Shown here in pieces: positions 1-13,012 of a stretch of 64,000 bases of DNA (its first letter is position 1; every line of letters begins with the position of its first letter). Under the pieces are notes generated by a model. The model ran no database searches and was not told the origin of the DNA. It saw only the letters and a program-made list of their open reading frames with translations. The DNA lies in assembly GCF_001194135.2 (NCBI RefSeq), contig NC_068984.1:87669820-87733819 (forward strand). The letters run 5' to 3'. Source of the stretch: Octopus bimaculoides (lineage: Eukaryota). The translations under genes were made by a program, and so were the position numbers.

Positions 1-257
1 GAGATGGGTGGTAGGAGGGAGGGTGGGGGAGAGAGACAGGAGGAGGGGGTTAGATGAAGAGTGGAGGGGAGTTGAGCCCATGTGGCGCAAAGGAGCGAAG
101 ATAGAAGATTAATCCCTGTTTACGGCGCAAACGGGAGTCCGGATGGCCCCTGTGCATGGACAATCCAAACACAGACAGGTGACACACACACACACACAGA
201 ATTATCAATATGCATACTTACATCTCTATATACATTTGTAGGCACATACACGCACGT

Positions 258-1235
258 AACTCCAATGAACTCCCACACCGCATCAACAAAGAATTCGTAA
301 TAGAAGGGTTAAAATCCATCTCGGAAAATAACTTCTTCGTATTTAATGACAACGTCCATCGACATACCCGGGGACTGCGATGGGTACAAGAATGGCCCCC
401 ATCCTTTGCTAACCTAGTCGTGGGGTACCTAGATATCACTCTTTCCCAAAAGGTGCTAGAAAAATACGAAAACCCATTCTCCCTTTACATAGAAAATAAT
501 TGAAAGAGATATCGAGATGACTACTTCATTCTTTGGCATGAAAGTATAGAGAGACTTAAAGAATTTCAAGCACTTCTAAATGGACTTGACATAGACATTC
601 AATGTACGATGGAATAAAACCATCAACAACTTCCATTCTTCGACATCCTCAAGCAGCAAATTAGAAACAGATATACTATAAGCCCACGAACTCCAAGCAA
701 TATCTATCGTTCAACTCATGCCACCCCAGATACACTAGAATGAATATCCCTTTCAACCTGACAAAAAGGATTTGCACTATAGTATCTGATAAAAGCATCA
801 GGGACACACGACTACATGAGCTAGAGGATACACTCTTCAGGAGGAATTACCCAACACCACTAATTGATATAGGTTTTCTACGTGCCCTACAACTCAATAT
901 CTACAAACTCAGACATCCAAAATTAAAGAATGAATTACAACCAGAAGCCCTACCATACATATCCACACGCAAACCTCTAACAATGAGGTCTTCGGCACCA
1001 TCCTCCTTTTACAGTGAAAAACTTCATATGGGCTTCGGAAAACCTGACATATGTCTTAATTGACTCAGGGTGTCGAGGGCAATACATTGGTCAAACTAAA
1101 ACAGTCTACACCAGAGGATAACTGTACATAGATCTCAGATGAAAATACGGGAATGCAGGAAAAATAGTATTAAGTGAACACAACGACATTTGCGCTACTA
1201 ATGAAAGGCCTAACTTTACCATTTTACCCCTTTAT
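258..1235 (+). mobile_element. Degenerate Penelope-like retroelement: RT, thumb and GIY-YIG endonuclease
   Basis: Frameshifted translation gives GTAMGTRMAP/SFANLVVGYL (from 371), *KRYRDDYFILW (YIDD-type motif, ~501-535) and thumb NIPFNLTKRICTIV. It ends with NLTYVLIDSGCRGQYIGQTK/SLHQRITVHRSQ (~1035-1140), a GIY-YIG pattern. Multiple stops and frameshifts. Confidence 0.85.
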
Positions 1236-1422
1236 AAATTTAGGGGCACATATCAGAACTGTATGTGATATATATTTGTGTGTAGATATATGTGTGTCGG
1301 TATATGTATATATATACGTGTGTGTGTGTATAGATAGATAGTTGAGAGACTTTGAAATATTACTATTTCTATATATAAATATATAGATAGATGGATACAG
1401 ATAAAGAAAATGACAGACACGT

Positions 1423-1737
1423 AACATAGTTTCCGTCCTGGACGGAGCTGCCTAATACAGCTACTACAAATCTTCGACTGGGTACTAAAATCATTCAAAT
1501 GTGGATGTGATATATCTCGACTTTGCCAAGGTGTTTGACTAAGTCGATCATGGGATGATATGACATAAATTGCGTGACCTCGGTATCACTGGTAGATTGG
1601 GAGAGTGGCTGCATGATTTCCTACGGGACAGAAATCAGGCTGTCACAGCAAATGGTGCTCTTTCTGAAGTGACACCAATCCTCAGTGAAGTCCCCCAGGG
1701 AACAGTGCAGGGTCCACTACTGTTTGTAGTAATATTT
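1423..1737 (+). mobile_element. CR1/L2-type LINE reverse transcriptase fragment
   Basis: HSFRPGRSCLIQLL...NVDVIYLDFAKVFD*VDHG...LRDLGITGRLGEWLHDFLRDRNQAV...EVPQGTVQGPLLF matches the CR1-type RT motifs DFAKAFDKV and GVPQGTVLGPLLF. Confidence 0.8.
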
Positions 1738-1749
1738 AGTCCTAAATTA

Positions 1750-2670
1750 ATGAAAAGTCTAAAGAAATTTCTCCTATGCCTTTCTAACTGTACTTTACTA
1801 GTTCTGTCTAGAAAAAAATAAGGCGTCGTTCCTATATACACACCTTGTTACTTCAGGAAAGGAAGACTGAAAGGCTATATATTCCGACTAGGTCACTGGC
1901 CTGAGCAGAATAGTATGAGCCCATTGCTATAACAAATGCATTTTCCCTATCTAACCTACTCCATAATGTACCATCAAAATCTACTAAAGTGGCTCGTGCA
2001 ACAAGAATAATATCTATTTCTAATTATTAGGTGGATCTGAATCTCTCCCGGGGTTTAATTTTAGGTTAAATCATATTATATTCCTCTTGCATGTCCAGTC
2101 AGTTCGAATTCTATGCCGTGCGTTAGAGTATCTTACGACACCTTGCTAATTGGTATCGGGTTTTCTTCTACATTTAGGGCGTTGCTCTACGATTTTATCA
2201 TTATGGTCTAATTTCTTAGAGATCGCGTTTGTGGAGTGCAGTGAACCTGATCTATTTCTGTGACGACGTTAAAGTGTGTGGTCTTGCTTGTTTAACTCAG
2301 TTACGATGTGATGGGAGGTGATCGAGAGTAGGAACCGGTGCCTCCGAGGCTTTTATGTATGCGATCTTATCTGTGTACTTAGCTCAGGCCAATGCTTCAT
2401 TATAGTAATGGGCGTTCTGTGTGAAGATGTCCCTATTCACGGACAACCTCCATATTCTGGTGGAGACGCTATTTACAATTGATCTTACTACAGTCTTGTG
2501 GTAGTTAGAGTATCTATTAATATACTGGGGTTTTTCATTAGATTTGTGATAAGGACTATACAAACCCATTTCGAGGTTCAGCGTTACATCTAGGAAGTCT
2601 GCTATCCTATGGTTACTGTCTAATGTAACGAGGAGGTCAAAGTTATGGAAAAGACTTAGAATCCTCTTAT
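1750..2670 (-). mobile_element. Second degenerate Penelope-like element (RT C-terminus/thumb and probable GIY-YIG)
   Basis: ORF 2384-2698 reads ADFLDVTLNLEMGLYSPYHKSNEKPQYINRYSNY...IFTQNAHYYNEAL. Downstream are KRNII*FN (KRNIIWFNPP-like, ~2060-2085), GIY (1877-1885) and, after a frameshift, YIG (1830-1838). Confidence 0.7.
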
Positions 2671-2855
2671 ATATATAAATATGTGCGCGCACACACACAC
2701 ATATGTATATATATATATAAATATGCGTACATATATATTTATATATCTATATATATGTTTATACATACATACATACATATATACATACATACATACCTAT
2801 ATATATATATATACACACACATATATTTATATATATACAGACACGCTCACACACA

Positions 2856-2890
<35 letters not shown>

Positions 2891-3030
2891 TTACATATTT
2901 ACGTTTATACATACATCCAACGTAGTCATGGAATAGTAGACGTTAAAACGACCATGGTGATGATATGTGTGTGTGGACATACACACACACACAAGCAAAT
3001 TATGTGTACTCATATTTATGCACACTTCTC
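2665..3030. repeat. Compound (TA)n/(CA)n/(TACA)n microsatellite
   Basis: Directly visible; it produces the spurious Y/I/T/H-rich ORFs in the track. Confidence 0.95.
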
Positions 3031-3657
3031 TAATACATACATTTTAAATTACATCCTTTCCTATTTATAAAGAAGCTTGTGTATATATTTTCTTTCTTTC
3101 ATATACATAGAGACAGAAAGATGTCTGTATTCCACACACACTTACATCGGAGGGAAGAGTAGAAACGTGTGACAAATAAATAGAAGATAGAGAACAGGAA
3201 TTTTGTTTATAATGAAGTTGTTATCCTCTCCTCTATCCGATTTATTTATAGATGCTTTCTGTAACTACATTTTCTGTTTAAGCCATGCTAATGCAAAAAA
3301 CATTAGTCTGGTTAATAATGTTGAAACAAGAAACTTTATCGTTGCAAGATTATTTTATTATACATGGTCTTTATTGAAAACTCTAAGGAATTGTTACAAA
3401 AATACATTTGAAATATTACCATATTATAATTTCTTAGATAAAAGATATTTAAGAAGTTTTGAATGAAATTTATAAGCAAGTACAGGTTATAAAGTGGACT
3501 GTCGTAATTGAGAAAATGTGTATTTTAATCACAAAAAAAAAAAGAAATTAGAAACTGGCAGGAACGTTTGCAACCCAGATGAAATGCCAGTAGTATTTAT
3601 TTAGACTAATACATTTTGTGTTCAAATTTCTTCAAGATGAACTTCTTTCTGAGGGTG

Positions 3658-3660
<3 letters not shown>

Positions 3661-3744
<84 letters not shown>
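3661..3744. repeat. (AG)n microsatellite, about 42 units
   Basis: Perfect dinucleotide run. Confidence 0.97.
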
Positions 3745-3749
<5 letters not shown>

Positions 3750-3854
3750 AAGAAAAGTACCAGTCTTAAGTTTTTTTTAAGAATTTAATTTTAAATATAT
3801 TATGAGAAAAGAAACCTAAGAATGGATTATATACAAATCTATTGATACATAAAC

Positions 3855-4075
3855 GTGACTGTGCGGTTAAGAAGTTTGCTTCCTTATCATGTGGCCTTGA
3901 GTTCAGTATTACTGCACGGCACCTTGGACAAGTGTCTTCTGCTATAGCCTCGGACCTACTTAAACCTTATGAGCAGATTTAGCAGAAAGAAAACATGTGT
4001 GTGAGTTTGTGCGTGTGTACGTGTGTGTGCGTGTGTGCATGTGTGCGCGCGTGCGTGCATGTGTGTATCCTTGTT
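3855..4075 (+). mobile_element. SINE family A (tRNA head, CORE-like block, internal microsatellite), 5' half
   Basis: gtgactgtgcggttaagaagtttgcttcc...gagttcagt...ggcaccttggacaagtgtcttctgctatagcctcgg matches the fuller copies at 21824, 29712 and 47871. Confidence 0.75.
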
Positions 4076-4164
4076 ATGACGTCGATACCCGGTTGTAAAC
4101 GAGAATTATCGTCATACAAGCAAGGTTGTTCTCTTCCAGGATAAACCTCTCTAGCTATGGGAAA

Positions 4165-4290
4165 ATATTACCTTGCTTGGAACTAGGTGAGTGTAAGCGA
4201 CAGGAAGGGCATCCGGCAGTAGAAAAATTTGTTTCCACAAATTCTGTCTGACTTTTGCAAGCATGGAAAAGTGAGCATTAAATGATGTTA
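4165..4290 (+). mobile_element. RTE-type 3' tail fragment
   Basis: ggaagggcatccggcagtagaaa...gcatggaaaagtgagcattaaatgatg resembles the 3' end of the RTE copies. Confidence 0.5.
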
Positions 4291-4380
4291 CACAGCTACA
4301 GGAGCTAGCTGTGGGACTCTGTAAGTTGTATCACAAACTACTTGTCAAAGAGGGCAAGAACTCCGAATAAGAACTGTGAC

Positions 4381-4815
4381 AGCGGTCAGCTAAAGAGTTC
4401 ATAGACTGACCAAATGCTTTCATGGAATGTAAACAAATGAAGTTTATTTTTCAACCTAGTGCCCCTTGCTATCCGCGAACTACTTCTATCGGTGTTGCAG
4501 TGTTTGGATCCCATTGGTGAAGAAACTTTTATCCTGTTCGTCAAAAAAGTTATCAACAGCAGATATGACGTCATCATCATTGCGATACTGGTTTCCAGCC
4601 GAGTGTTTTTTTCATGTTGAGGAACAGAAGATAGTTAGAAGGGACCAAATCAGGAGAATAGGGAGGGTGATCAGTCAGTTTAAAGCCAGTCAAGCACAAC
4701 AACCATTGAAACCAATAACTTGTGTGCTGGAGCGTTGTCCTGATGAAACAAGATCCCTTTCGTCAGTTTTCCTGGGCGATTGGTCTTGATAGCCTTTCGT
4801 ACTGTTCAACCATCT
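4381..4815 (-). mobile_element. Mariner transposase 3' fragment with terminal inverted repeat
   Basis: Reverse strand gives RPGKLTKGILFHQDNAPAH...DHPPYSPDLVPSNY(D>N)...AVDNFFDEQDKSFF. A TIR-like end, ggtcagctaaagagttcatagactgacc, lies at ~4384-4411. Confidence 0.85.
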
Positions 4816-4838
4816 TGAAAAAGGAAGACGTATTAAAT

Positions 4839-4870
4839 CAGTGGTTATCAACCTTTCTAATATTGTGGTC
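4839..4870 (+). mobile_element. Orphan hAT-type terminal inverted repeat
   Basis: cagtggttatcaacctttc is preceded by tattaaat (NNNTANNN). It truncates the mariner fragment; no partner end was found. Confidence 0.45.
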
Positions 4871-5989
4871 AACTGGAAAGTAAATAAAAATTAATGGCCT
4901 GCTTCATACGGATTTTTTTTTAAAAGCTGCTTTGTAAGTTAAATATTTAGGAAAAAACTAGAAAACTATTGCTTACATTGTTATTATTAATCACATTTGC
5001 TTTTATAAAAATTACAAATAATAGGTTTTTCAAGAACCTCAAGATTGGTATGGATTTTCTAAAGCCTTGAATTATATATTTAAAATCTGCAGCAAACGTA
5101 GATACATCACTTTTCCCTGTCAAGTCTCTTCATTGAGTTTTGGGTGGCATTAGATAAGCGAAAAGAGCCTATCCTCTCGACACTGATTTTCTTCAATACC
5201 CCAAGAATGTATCCTTGCGAATCCTGTACGATAAAAGTTTTATTTTCTAAATACTGCATCATATTCATTATGAAAAAAAAAAAAATCATCCACTGGAAAT
5301 AAACTTATTGATTTACGAGCCAATGAAGGAGCATTTACGTTTTTGATCTCAACTTGGAAGAAAAAGCAGCCAAATCACTCGAAAAATCACATTTTACTGT
5401 CTTAAATAATGATTCAAGAGTTTAGTCCCTAATATAAAAACACCAGGCCGGTCACGACTTCAATGTGTTTGATCATAAGTTTATTCATTCAAAAATATTC
5501 TGGGCCCAAACAATAACAAATATATTGATTTCTAATTCTTAAATTTCTATTTAGAGTAAAAATTCATCTGATTAAACATAACCACAAAAGAATATGAAAA
5601 TTGTTTGTAACAATTTGTAATGAAATGCATATCATAAGGAATTTATTAAATATTTATCATTTTTCACAACCATTCCTTCGTGACCAGTTTAAACAACATA
5701 TTGATCGTTAATATTTCATACAATAAATTAAAACTGACCCTAAGTTTCTTTAGACGGCAACAATAAATGCCCTTTTGTTCTCCATATTGGTTGGGATGAT
5801 AGGGAATCAATTTAAAATAATGGCTGACGGTAATTAATTAATGAACTTCATATCTTGCTCTAGATTACTAAGTCCATCTATCCATACGACCCATCATTGA
5901 TTCAAAGTATATACTTTTCCATAGTAGATATGAATGTGCCAAAAGTAGTATCAGGTTTAAATATAAACGAAACAAACTATTGTTTAGAG

Positions 5990-7185
5990 CGGTGGTTCCC
6001 GACCTTTTTCAGCCCAGGGACCATTTTTTACTTGAAAATTTTTCTAGGGACCACTTCTACATTTACTTTATGCTGTTCTATTTTTCCCACTAAAATACTT
6101 ATGAAAAAACAAAATAGTCTATTTACACTTTAAATTTTATTTTAGCAAACCAAAGATAAAATTTAAAAACTATTTTAGTAAACAAAGATAAACACAAGAT
6201 ATCAAAATCATTTTTCATAAAGTTGTTCATTTTTAGTCCATTCAGCTAGTGACTAGCTTGATATTGATGTTTCTGACAGAAGATATCATAATCAATTTTA
6301 ATGAACTCATTTAGTCTTAGTCTGCTGTTGACATCTAATTTATTTCTTTTTCTACTTAAAATATCTACAACAGCTGAAAATGCAGATTCCATCATCTATG
6401 TGGTAGGGAAAGAAATGATGCTTGCTTCTATATGTCGAAAGATATTTGGGTCTGATTCCTTTATCGATATGTAGGCAAAGACACCTTCATTTTCAACTCT
6501 TCTCAGTTTCATAATCTCTTTCAAATACAACAACATTTCAGCCAACTCAAAATTTTCATTTCCTGACTCATAATTTTCTAGGTCTATAAACCAGAGTGGA
6601 TAATCCATCTATCCATCTTTAATAAATTATTGTATCTTCTCTCAAAGTCTACATGAAGACCTTCACGATGGGCAATGCATGCAGCAATGCATTCTGATAT
6701 AGGAACTGTGGTGTTAAAATTTTGTAATGATGCCAAATTTTTTTTTAAACTGTTTTTTCCGAAATTTTTAATTTCCCCATATACCCTTTTATCTTCTGAG
6801 AACAGGTGACCAAATCTGATTTTCTACTTTGCAGATTCACTGTTTTAAAAATATCACTCAAGTAGAATATTTTTGATTTAAACTCAGAAAGTCTTACTAA
6901 AATTTTCTTAGCTGTATCAGCTTGCTTCTTGAACATGAGAAAGTTGATTAATGGTTCCCACAAATTCACTAGTCTTTCAAGGCTCGGGCCTTTTGACAAC
7001 CATCTTCTGTGTGAAGCAATAGGGTTTTAAAATCTTCATCTTCACAGAATTGCATAAAAAAATCTATTATTCACTGAGTTTGATTTGACAAAGTTGATTG
7101 CATGCATGGCAGTGTTGAGTGCTTCTTCCATGTGTCCTCCATTATTCTTAGCAATCAAATGCTGTCTGTGGATAATGCACTGTAT
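5990..7185 (-). mobile_element. hAT (Buster/Charlie-like) transposon, 3' part of transposase plus TIR
   Basis: QCIIHRQHLIAK...NFVKSNSVNNRFF...LLLHTE/WLSKGPSLERLVNLWEP...FPTT*MMESAFSAV...KRNKLDVNSRLRL (hAT CxxH, WLS and dimerisation motifs). TIR cggtggttcccgacctttt at 5990, preceded by gtttagag (NNNTANNN). Confidence 0.9.
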
Positions 7186-7644
7186 ATAAAAAACATAAAA
7201 TTATTATATGTTATATACGAAAAGCTGGTCATTAAGGTTGCACAAAAAAGAATTTGCTGGGTATGACAAGTACGCAATAAATTATAGTTCAAATCATGTA
7301 TAGTCTTTAGTTTTTGTCTAACTTGTTACAATGACTAACATGAAAAAGAATCATAAAAAATTCTTTCTTTCCCATTATTTACAATTTAATTCATATGAAC
7401 TTCTTGTTACTTGGTACAAAATATATTAAGTTTGCATTGCATTGAGTGAACAAAAGCTTTTGGAAGGACAAAATTATTACAAGTCAATTAAATAATGATA
7501 TTAATTTTTACTCAACACAGAAGCAATAACAATACAAAAAAGCCTCAAACTGGTGGTCATATAACACAAGTTAACACTATAGAGGAAATATAGTATTACA
7601 GAAACATACTAAAGTCTTAAACACACACACACAAAAGTATATCT

Positions 7645-8045
7645 TATCTTTTACCGGTTTCAGTCATTAGACTGCAGCTATGTTGGGGCACAGCCTTGAA
7701 TTTCTAACCGAATGTATCGACCCCAGTACTTATTTTTTCTTTTACGCCTGGTACTTATTTTATCAGTCAATTTTGACGAACCACTAAGTTACGAATGTAT
7801 AATCACACCAACATCGGTTGTCAAGCGGTGGCAGGGACAGACATAAAGTCATGCACAAACACGCGCGCGCGCGTGTGTGTGTGTGTGCTCGGCGGGTTTA
7901 TTTCAATTTTCGTCTACCAAATTCGCTCGTAAGGCTTTGGTCGTCCGGAGGCTTTAGTAGATGACACTTGCCCAAAGTGCCAAGCAGTGGTACTGAACAC
8001 GGAACTATGTGGTTGGGAAGCAAGCTGCTTACCACTCACTCACGC
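7645..8045 (-). mobile_element. SINE family A, full length
   Basis: Reverse complement shows the tRNA-like head, gcactttgggcaagtgtc block, (CA)/(CG) tract and 3' tail ending actgaaac. Confidence 0.8.
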
Positions 8046-8899
8046 GTTAATATCGAACAGTGAGAATGAGTGATCAACACCGCATGGGAGGATAAATATT
8101 CTTTATTTGTAGGTTAACAAGGCCACCAATGGTTTAAGGTAGAGATTTCTCTCAACATAAAGCCTTGTTAGTCCATAAATAAAGTATATAGATCCATATA
8201 CACTTATACACACAAACAAACACCGACTACTAATACAACATAAGCGCCTGCACCATGAAAGATCAATTAAAAGCGCCCAACACATTTAAATGATCCAAGA
8301 AACCATTACATTTCATTATTTCAGATTCATCGATAAGGACGATTGACTAGCGTCAACTGCACGAAACCTTTTGGTATGAGGAAATAAAATCTGGTTCACT
8401 AAAGTACAAATGTGTGTGTATTACAATGTGTGTGATATATTTATATGTATATGTGAAATAATGTGAAAATATAAAGGTTATTTGAAAAAGCTAAGGAGAA
8501 CAACTCAGAGAGGATTAGTGCACCTTATTATTCCGTTCTGCACTCTTTCAACACCAACCTTTAGGTGAAACCAAGGAATTTGCTTGCGTTCATCAACACC
8601 AAATTCATAGTTCACATCCATCTGTCATATACTTTATGACTTTTGCCATAAATGTTAGTTGAAGAAATTGATATGGAGTTTTCAAGGGAAGAAAATCTCT
8701 TTTCTCAGTGTTTTTAGTCTTTATTGTCGTTTCCACAGTTGAAAGAAAGAAACAATCGACCTTCCTTATTAAAAGCATGTAACTACTAAATCCTAATAGG
8801 GTACACAGCCAACAGCAATATTCATTCATGTTAGCTTCCATCTTGACCAGTTTAACACCACCAACCCCTGAGTCTTCGGGGTTTTGAACGAATTCGACT

Positions 8900-10110
8900 T
8901 TGTTGCAAGTATTCAAGCCAAGGTCAAACTTATCCGAAAATAAATTTGCACCTCACTCTGATAGTATTGCCCAATTGGTAGAATACTCTAAGTGCCTAAC
9001 AATACTCTAGTTGCCAGCTATTTATTCTCAGTCTATGCTTCTTCAAAGGCACGAGCCGTGGCAAAACATGTTTGGTTGAAGACGACAACACTTCCTTAGT
9101 GCATGCATAAATATCGTCAGACACATCGGCTTAAACCTGCCTAATTTATGTTTCAGAAGCAAATAAACTTTCTGGTACAAGAATCCGTCCTTTCATGACA
9201 GACAAAAAAAAACATGCTTTAAATTTAGACAGATTCCTTCAGTCGAAGCACCTCAACCTGACCTTTCAAAGATAAGTATTAAAAAAGTTATGTTCGCATG
9301 ATGTTGTGAGCAAAATTGCTGATGTTTCTATGTCAAGCTTCTCGTAGGACAGAGAAAAGGCTTGTGACAAAAAATAGAATTCAATACCCGAAGAACACAA
9401 GCATTTTTTTCTTCTCTCCGATAAACGCCTTGTTGGAAATCAAATAAGTTTCTTTGCCGATGCAGACCATCAACATTTTCTTGTTTTTTTTCCCAGTTAT
9501 TTACTTTTCATAGATAGCTTTATCTCATCCCGTTTATAGTTGTTATTAGTCAGTTTAGTCCTCACCTCTTCCTAGTTGTAGGTCCAAACTAGTCCCGCAG
9601 TATTTAATCGGGTACTGAAGCCAGTAATTAATACTGGCCATCTCCTGATGCCAAGTTTCAAACCTGTTGTATTGCGTCAGTTAATTCTAAGCAGATCACA
9701 TCAATATCTGAGAGGTCTGATTCTCATAACTACGATGTCTATGAATTGAGACACCATCTTCCTTTTTCCTAGTTTGAGTGGAATGATCTCAAACGCTAAC
9801 TTCTAACTTCTGTAGCAAACCTCGAAAAGTTCAGTGTTTAGAAACGACGTAAGGTAATATCATTGATCATAATACATGATATCGAACAGATACAGTCGAC
9901 GATCTTTCACTTAATCACTGTAGGAGAGGCACTGCATAATGTAACAAATAACCTTTTGAAAACGGGACCTAAGCCAGCTGCCCAAAACCAGGCTCCTTTG
10001 AAGACTATCAGTTGACCTGTCAAACGATTTTAAAGTTAATGCGCCAGATCCCATTCTCAAAATACCTACTTTGCTCTACTCATTCTAAGATGTTGTGCTT
10101 ACCGTTAGAT
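8900..10110 (-). mobile_element. Highly decayed L1/Tx1-like LINE RT remnant
   Basis: Scattered reverse-strand pieces (KSFDR/VN, WAAGLGPVFKRL, LLQKLE, VSQFIDIVVM, DLQL) occur in the order expected for a Tx1-type RT. Many stops and frameshifts. Confidence 0.4.
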
Positions 10111-10812
10111 AATGATTTGCTTATTCAGTTTTATTAGAGGAAAACAAGTCCAAAGTTGTCCCCATACTGTTAACGATGAAACTAATTTTCCAATCCACAT
10201 TTAATTAATTTAATAAATTAAAATTATGAGATTGTCTCTTATCATGTAATTTAGTTGATTTGTTCTCATCATTAAGAGTGTAATTTCAGTTAATTAAAAT
10301 TCCTTGGCTTATTGTATCAAATAATGTTAAGGCCAATGCTCCTCTTAAATTCAATGGTCTGTATAAGGTATCTTAAAATATTCTAAACTTATTAAGTCTT
10401 TAAATATTTCCTTTATTAAAATTATGGACAGCTGAATGTTACCTCATACCTGACATGAGTCTATTATATTTATAAAACGAGCTTCTATACTGATCTTACA
10501 AATTACCGTCTTACATCACCAATATATATTTTCTACCGTTGGTTTGAAAGTATTTGGCATGAAGAAATAATACTGTAATAAACAAAATTTATTGAACACT
10601 TTCAAACATTGATTTCATAAGAAACAGTCTACTATGAAAAATATCTTTGAAAGCTACAGCATATAGTTACAGGGACTGATAAGCTTCGGACTATTCCAGT
10701 TGGTGCTTATCTAGATTGCCCAGGAGCATTTGATTCAACTGTTCGCGCGATCTTATTAGAGAATCTCCAGATGACATTTGATATCTCTTTCAAAGTATTC
10801 GGATTATTTTAG

Positions 10813-12327
10813 TACTAGCAGCTAAGCCCGGTTTCACCCGGTCAGAGAACGACGCGAAGAGAGAAATGAAGACATAAAAAAGAGGAAGAAGTGGATACGA
10901 AGTGGTGTTTCGGCGACGGATCTTGGTAGAAAAAAAAAAAGAATGTCATGGTGAGTTAGTGAGGAGAGCAAAGCAAGACTGGACTTACGTGTGCTGGCAG
11001 GACGATGAAAAAATTGCGGAGTTGAAATTGGAGCAGTTGAAGTTGCTGTTGTTATCATTGGAGTGCCTCTTGGTAGACAACATTCTTCGTCCTTCCCTCG
11101 GGTNNNNNNNNNNNNNNNNNNNNNNNNNNNNNNNNNNNNNNNNNNNNNNNNNNNNNNNNNNNNNNNNNNNNNNNNNNNNNNNNNNNNNNNNNNNNNNNNN
11201 NNNNNNNNNNNNNNNNNNNNNNNNNNNNNNNNNNNNNNNNNNNNNNNNNNNNNNNNNNNNNNNNNNNNNNNNNNNNNNNNNNNNNNNNNNNNNNNNNNNN
11301 NNNNNNNNNNNNNNNNNNNNNNNNNNNNNNNNNNNNNNNNNNNNNNNNNNNNNNNNNNNNNNNNNNNNNNNNNNNNNNNNNNNNNNNNNNNNNNNNNNNN
11401 NNNNNNNNNNNNNNNNNNNNNNNNNNNNNNNNNNNNNNNNNNNNNNNNNNNNNNNNNNNNNNNNNNNNNNNNNNNNNNNNNNNNNNNNNNNNNNNNNNNN
11501 NNNNNNNNNNNNNNNNNNNNNNNNNNNNNNNNNNNNNNNNNNNNNNNNNNNNNNNNNNNNNNNNNNNNNNNNNNNNNNNNNNNNNNNNNNNNNNNNNNNN
11601 NNNNNNNNNNNNNNNNNNNNNNNNNNNNNNNNNNNNNNNNNNNNNNNNNNNNNNNNNNNNNNNNNNNNNNNNNNNNNNNNNNNNNNNNNNNNNNNNNNNN
11701 NNNNNNNNNNNNNNNNNNNNNNNNNNNNNNNNNNNNNNNNNNNNNNNNNNNNNNNNNNNNNNNNNNNNNNNNNNNNNNNNNNNNNNNNNNNNNNNNNNNN
11801 NNNNNNNNNNNNNNNNNNNNNNNNNNNNNNNNNNNNNNNNNNNNNNNNNNNNNNNNNNNNNNNNNNNNNNNNNNNNNNNNNNNNNNNNNNNNNNNNNNNN
11901 NNNNNNNNNNNNNNNNNNNNNNNNNNNNNNNNNNNNNNNNNNNNNNNNNNNNNNNNNNNNNNNNNNNNNNNNNNNNNNNNNNNNNNNNTCGATAGCAAAT
12001 ATCTCCAAATTGATTAGAAATGTATAAGTTTAATAATAACAATGTTTTTGAGATTCCGGTTCGAATGACATGAGTGTTTTTGTTTCACTTTTGACACGTA
12101 ATACTTAAATAGTGGAGGGGATATGATGTTGCTGTGGGCTAGAAGTATGCAAGAATTTTTTTTTTTTACTAAAACACAACCGGGACCCTAAGTAAGGCAT
12201 GTGTAAAATTTGAAATTGGTTGTGTAGTTCTGGAGTTTTAGAGATTCACACAGACACACACATGCACACAGACACACAAACATACATTCTCAATTTGATA
12301 TATATATATATATATATATATATAGAT
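10813..12327 (+). mobile_element. Non-autonomous Helitron/Helentron-like element spanning an assembly gap
   Basis: 5' end tactagcagctaagcccggtttcacccgg with a short hairpin. 3' part has aaatttgaaattggttgtgtagttctggag, a (CACA/GACA)n tract and a tatagat end, the layout of Lep1/HINE-type elements. Confidence 0.55.
11104..11988. other. Assembly gap (885 N)
   Basis: N run; ORFs containing X across it are artefacts. Confidence 1.
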
Positions 12328-13012
12328 TATCGTAGGAATGGTTTCCAGATAGGAATAAACTGTTTAATTAGTTACCATTGACACATGGAGTTCCTTAGGG
12401 TCCTTAGGCTAGTGTGATTGGACCATCATTTTTTAATCTTAGAAATGACTCTGAAAAACGTCTAAAAATATAAATATAAGCATTTATACTGATGATTTAA
12501 ATCAAAATTGAATTCGAAAAATGTTCCAGATGTAGCTTATTTAAAAGTAACTTTAGTTCGAACTTTGATTAGTTAATTGGTTTTCAGCTCTAAAATCATT
12601 TTCAAGCGACTATATCTGTCCCTCAGCTAAGTTTATGGAGTGTACAAGGAACGTAAGGGTTATTATTATTGATAGCATTCTTAAATATATGTACTAAATA
12701 CATTTCTCACATAGTTCATAAAGTATATAGTTGTATGTAACTGATAAATAAGATCCTCATGAAGAGAAATATTTAATTTCCTAGTCACGTCTATCGAACA
12801 TTAATTACATGGCTTTTATTTCCTTTAGTTCCGTATCAAGTGTCGCATAGGGCGTGGGCTTTAAGAGCTGCGACCCAGGGAAGACCTTCAGAGATTAAGT
12901 GAAAAGTTATTTATGAATGATGAATCAAAATATAAATATGCTCTCTTCAGAAAAAGTACGCTTTAAAAATTTTGGCAGTTTCATGAACGCCGGTACAATT
13001 TTGCAAGACTGA

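Noticed and set aside
2681-3070. Y/I/H/T-rich ORFs here and at other TA/CA tracts
   Set aside because: Translations of microsatellites.
10834-12042. Long ORFs of 300-400 aa (also those at 15887-16264, 30918-31381, 53197-53704)
   Set aside because: They consist mainly of X translated across N-gaps.
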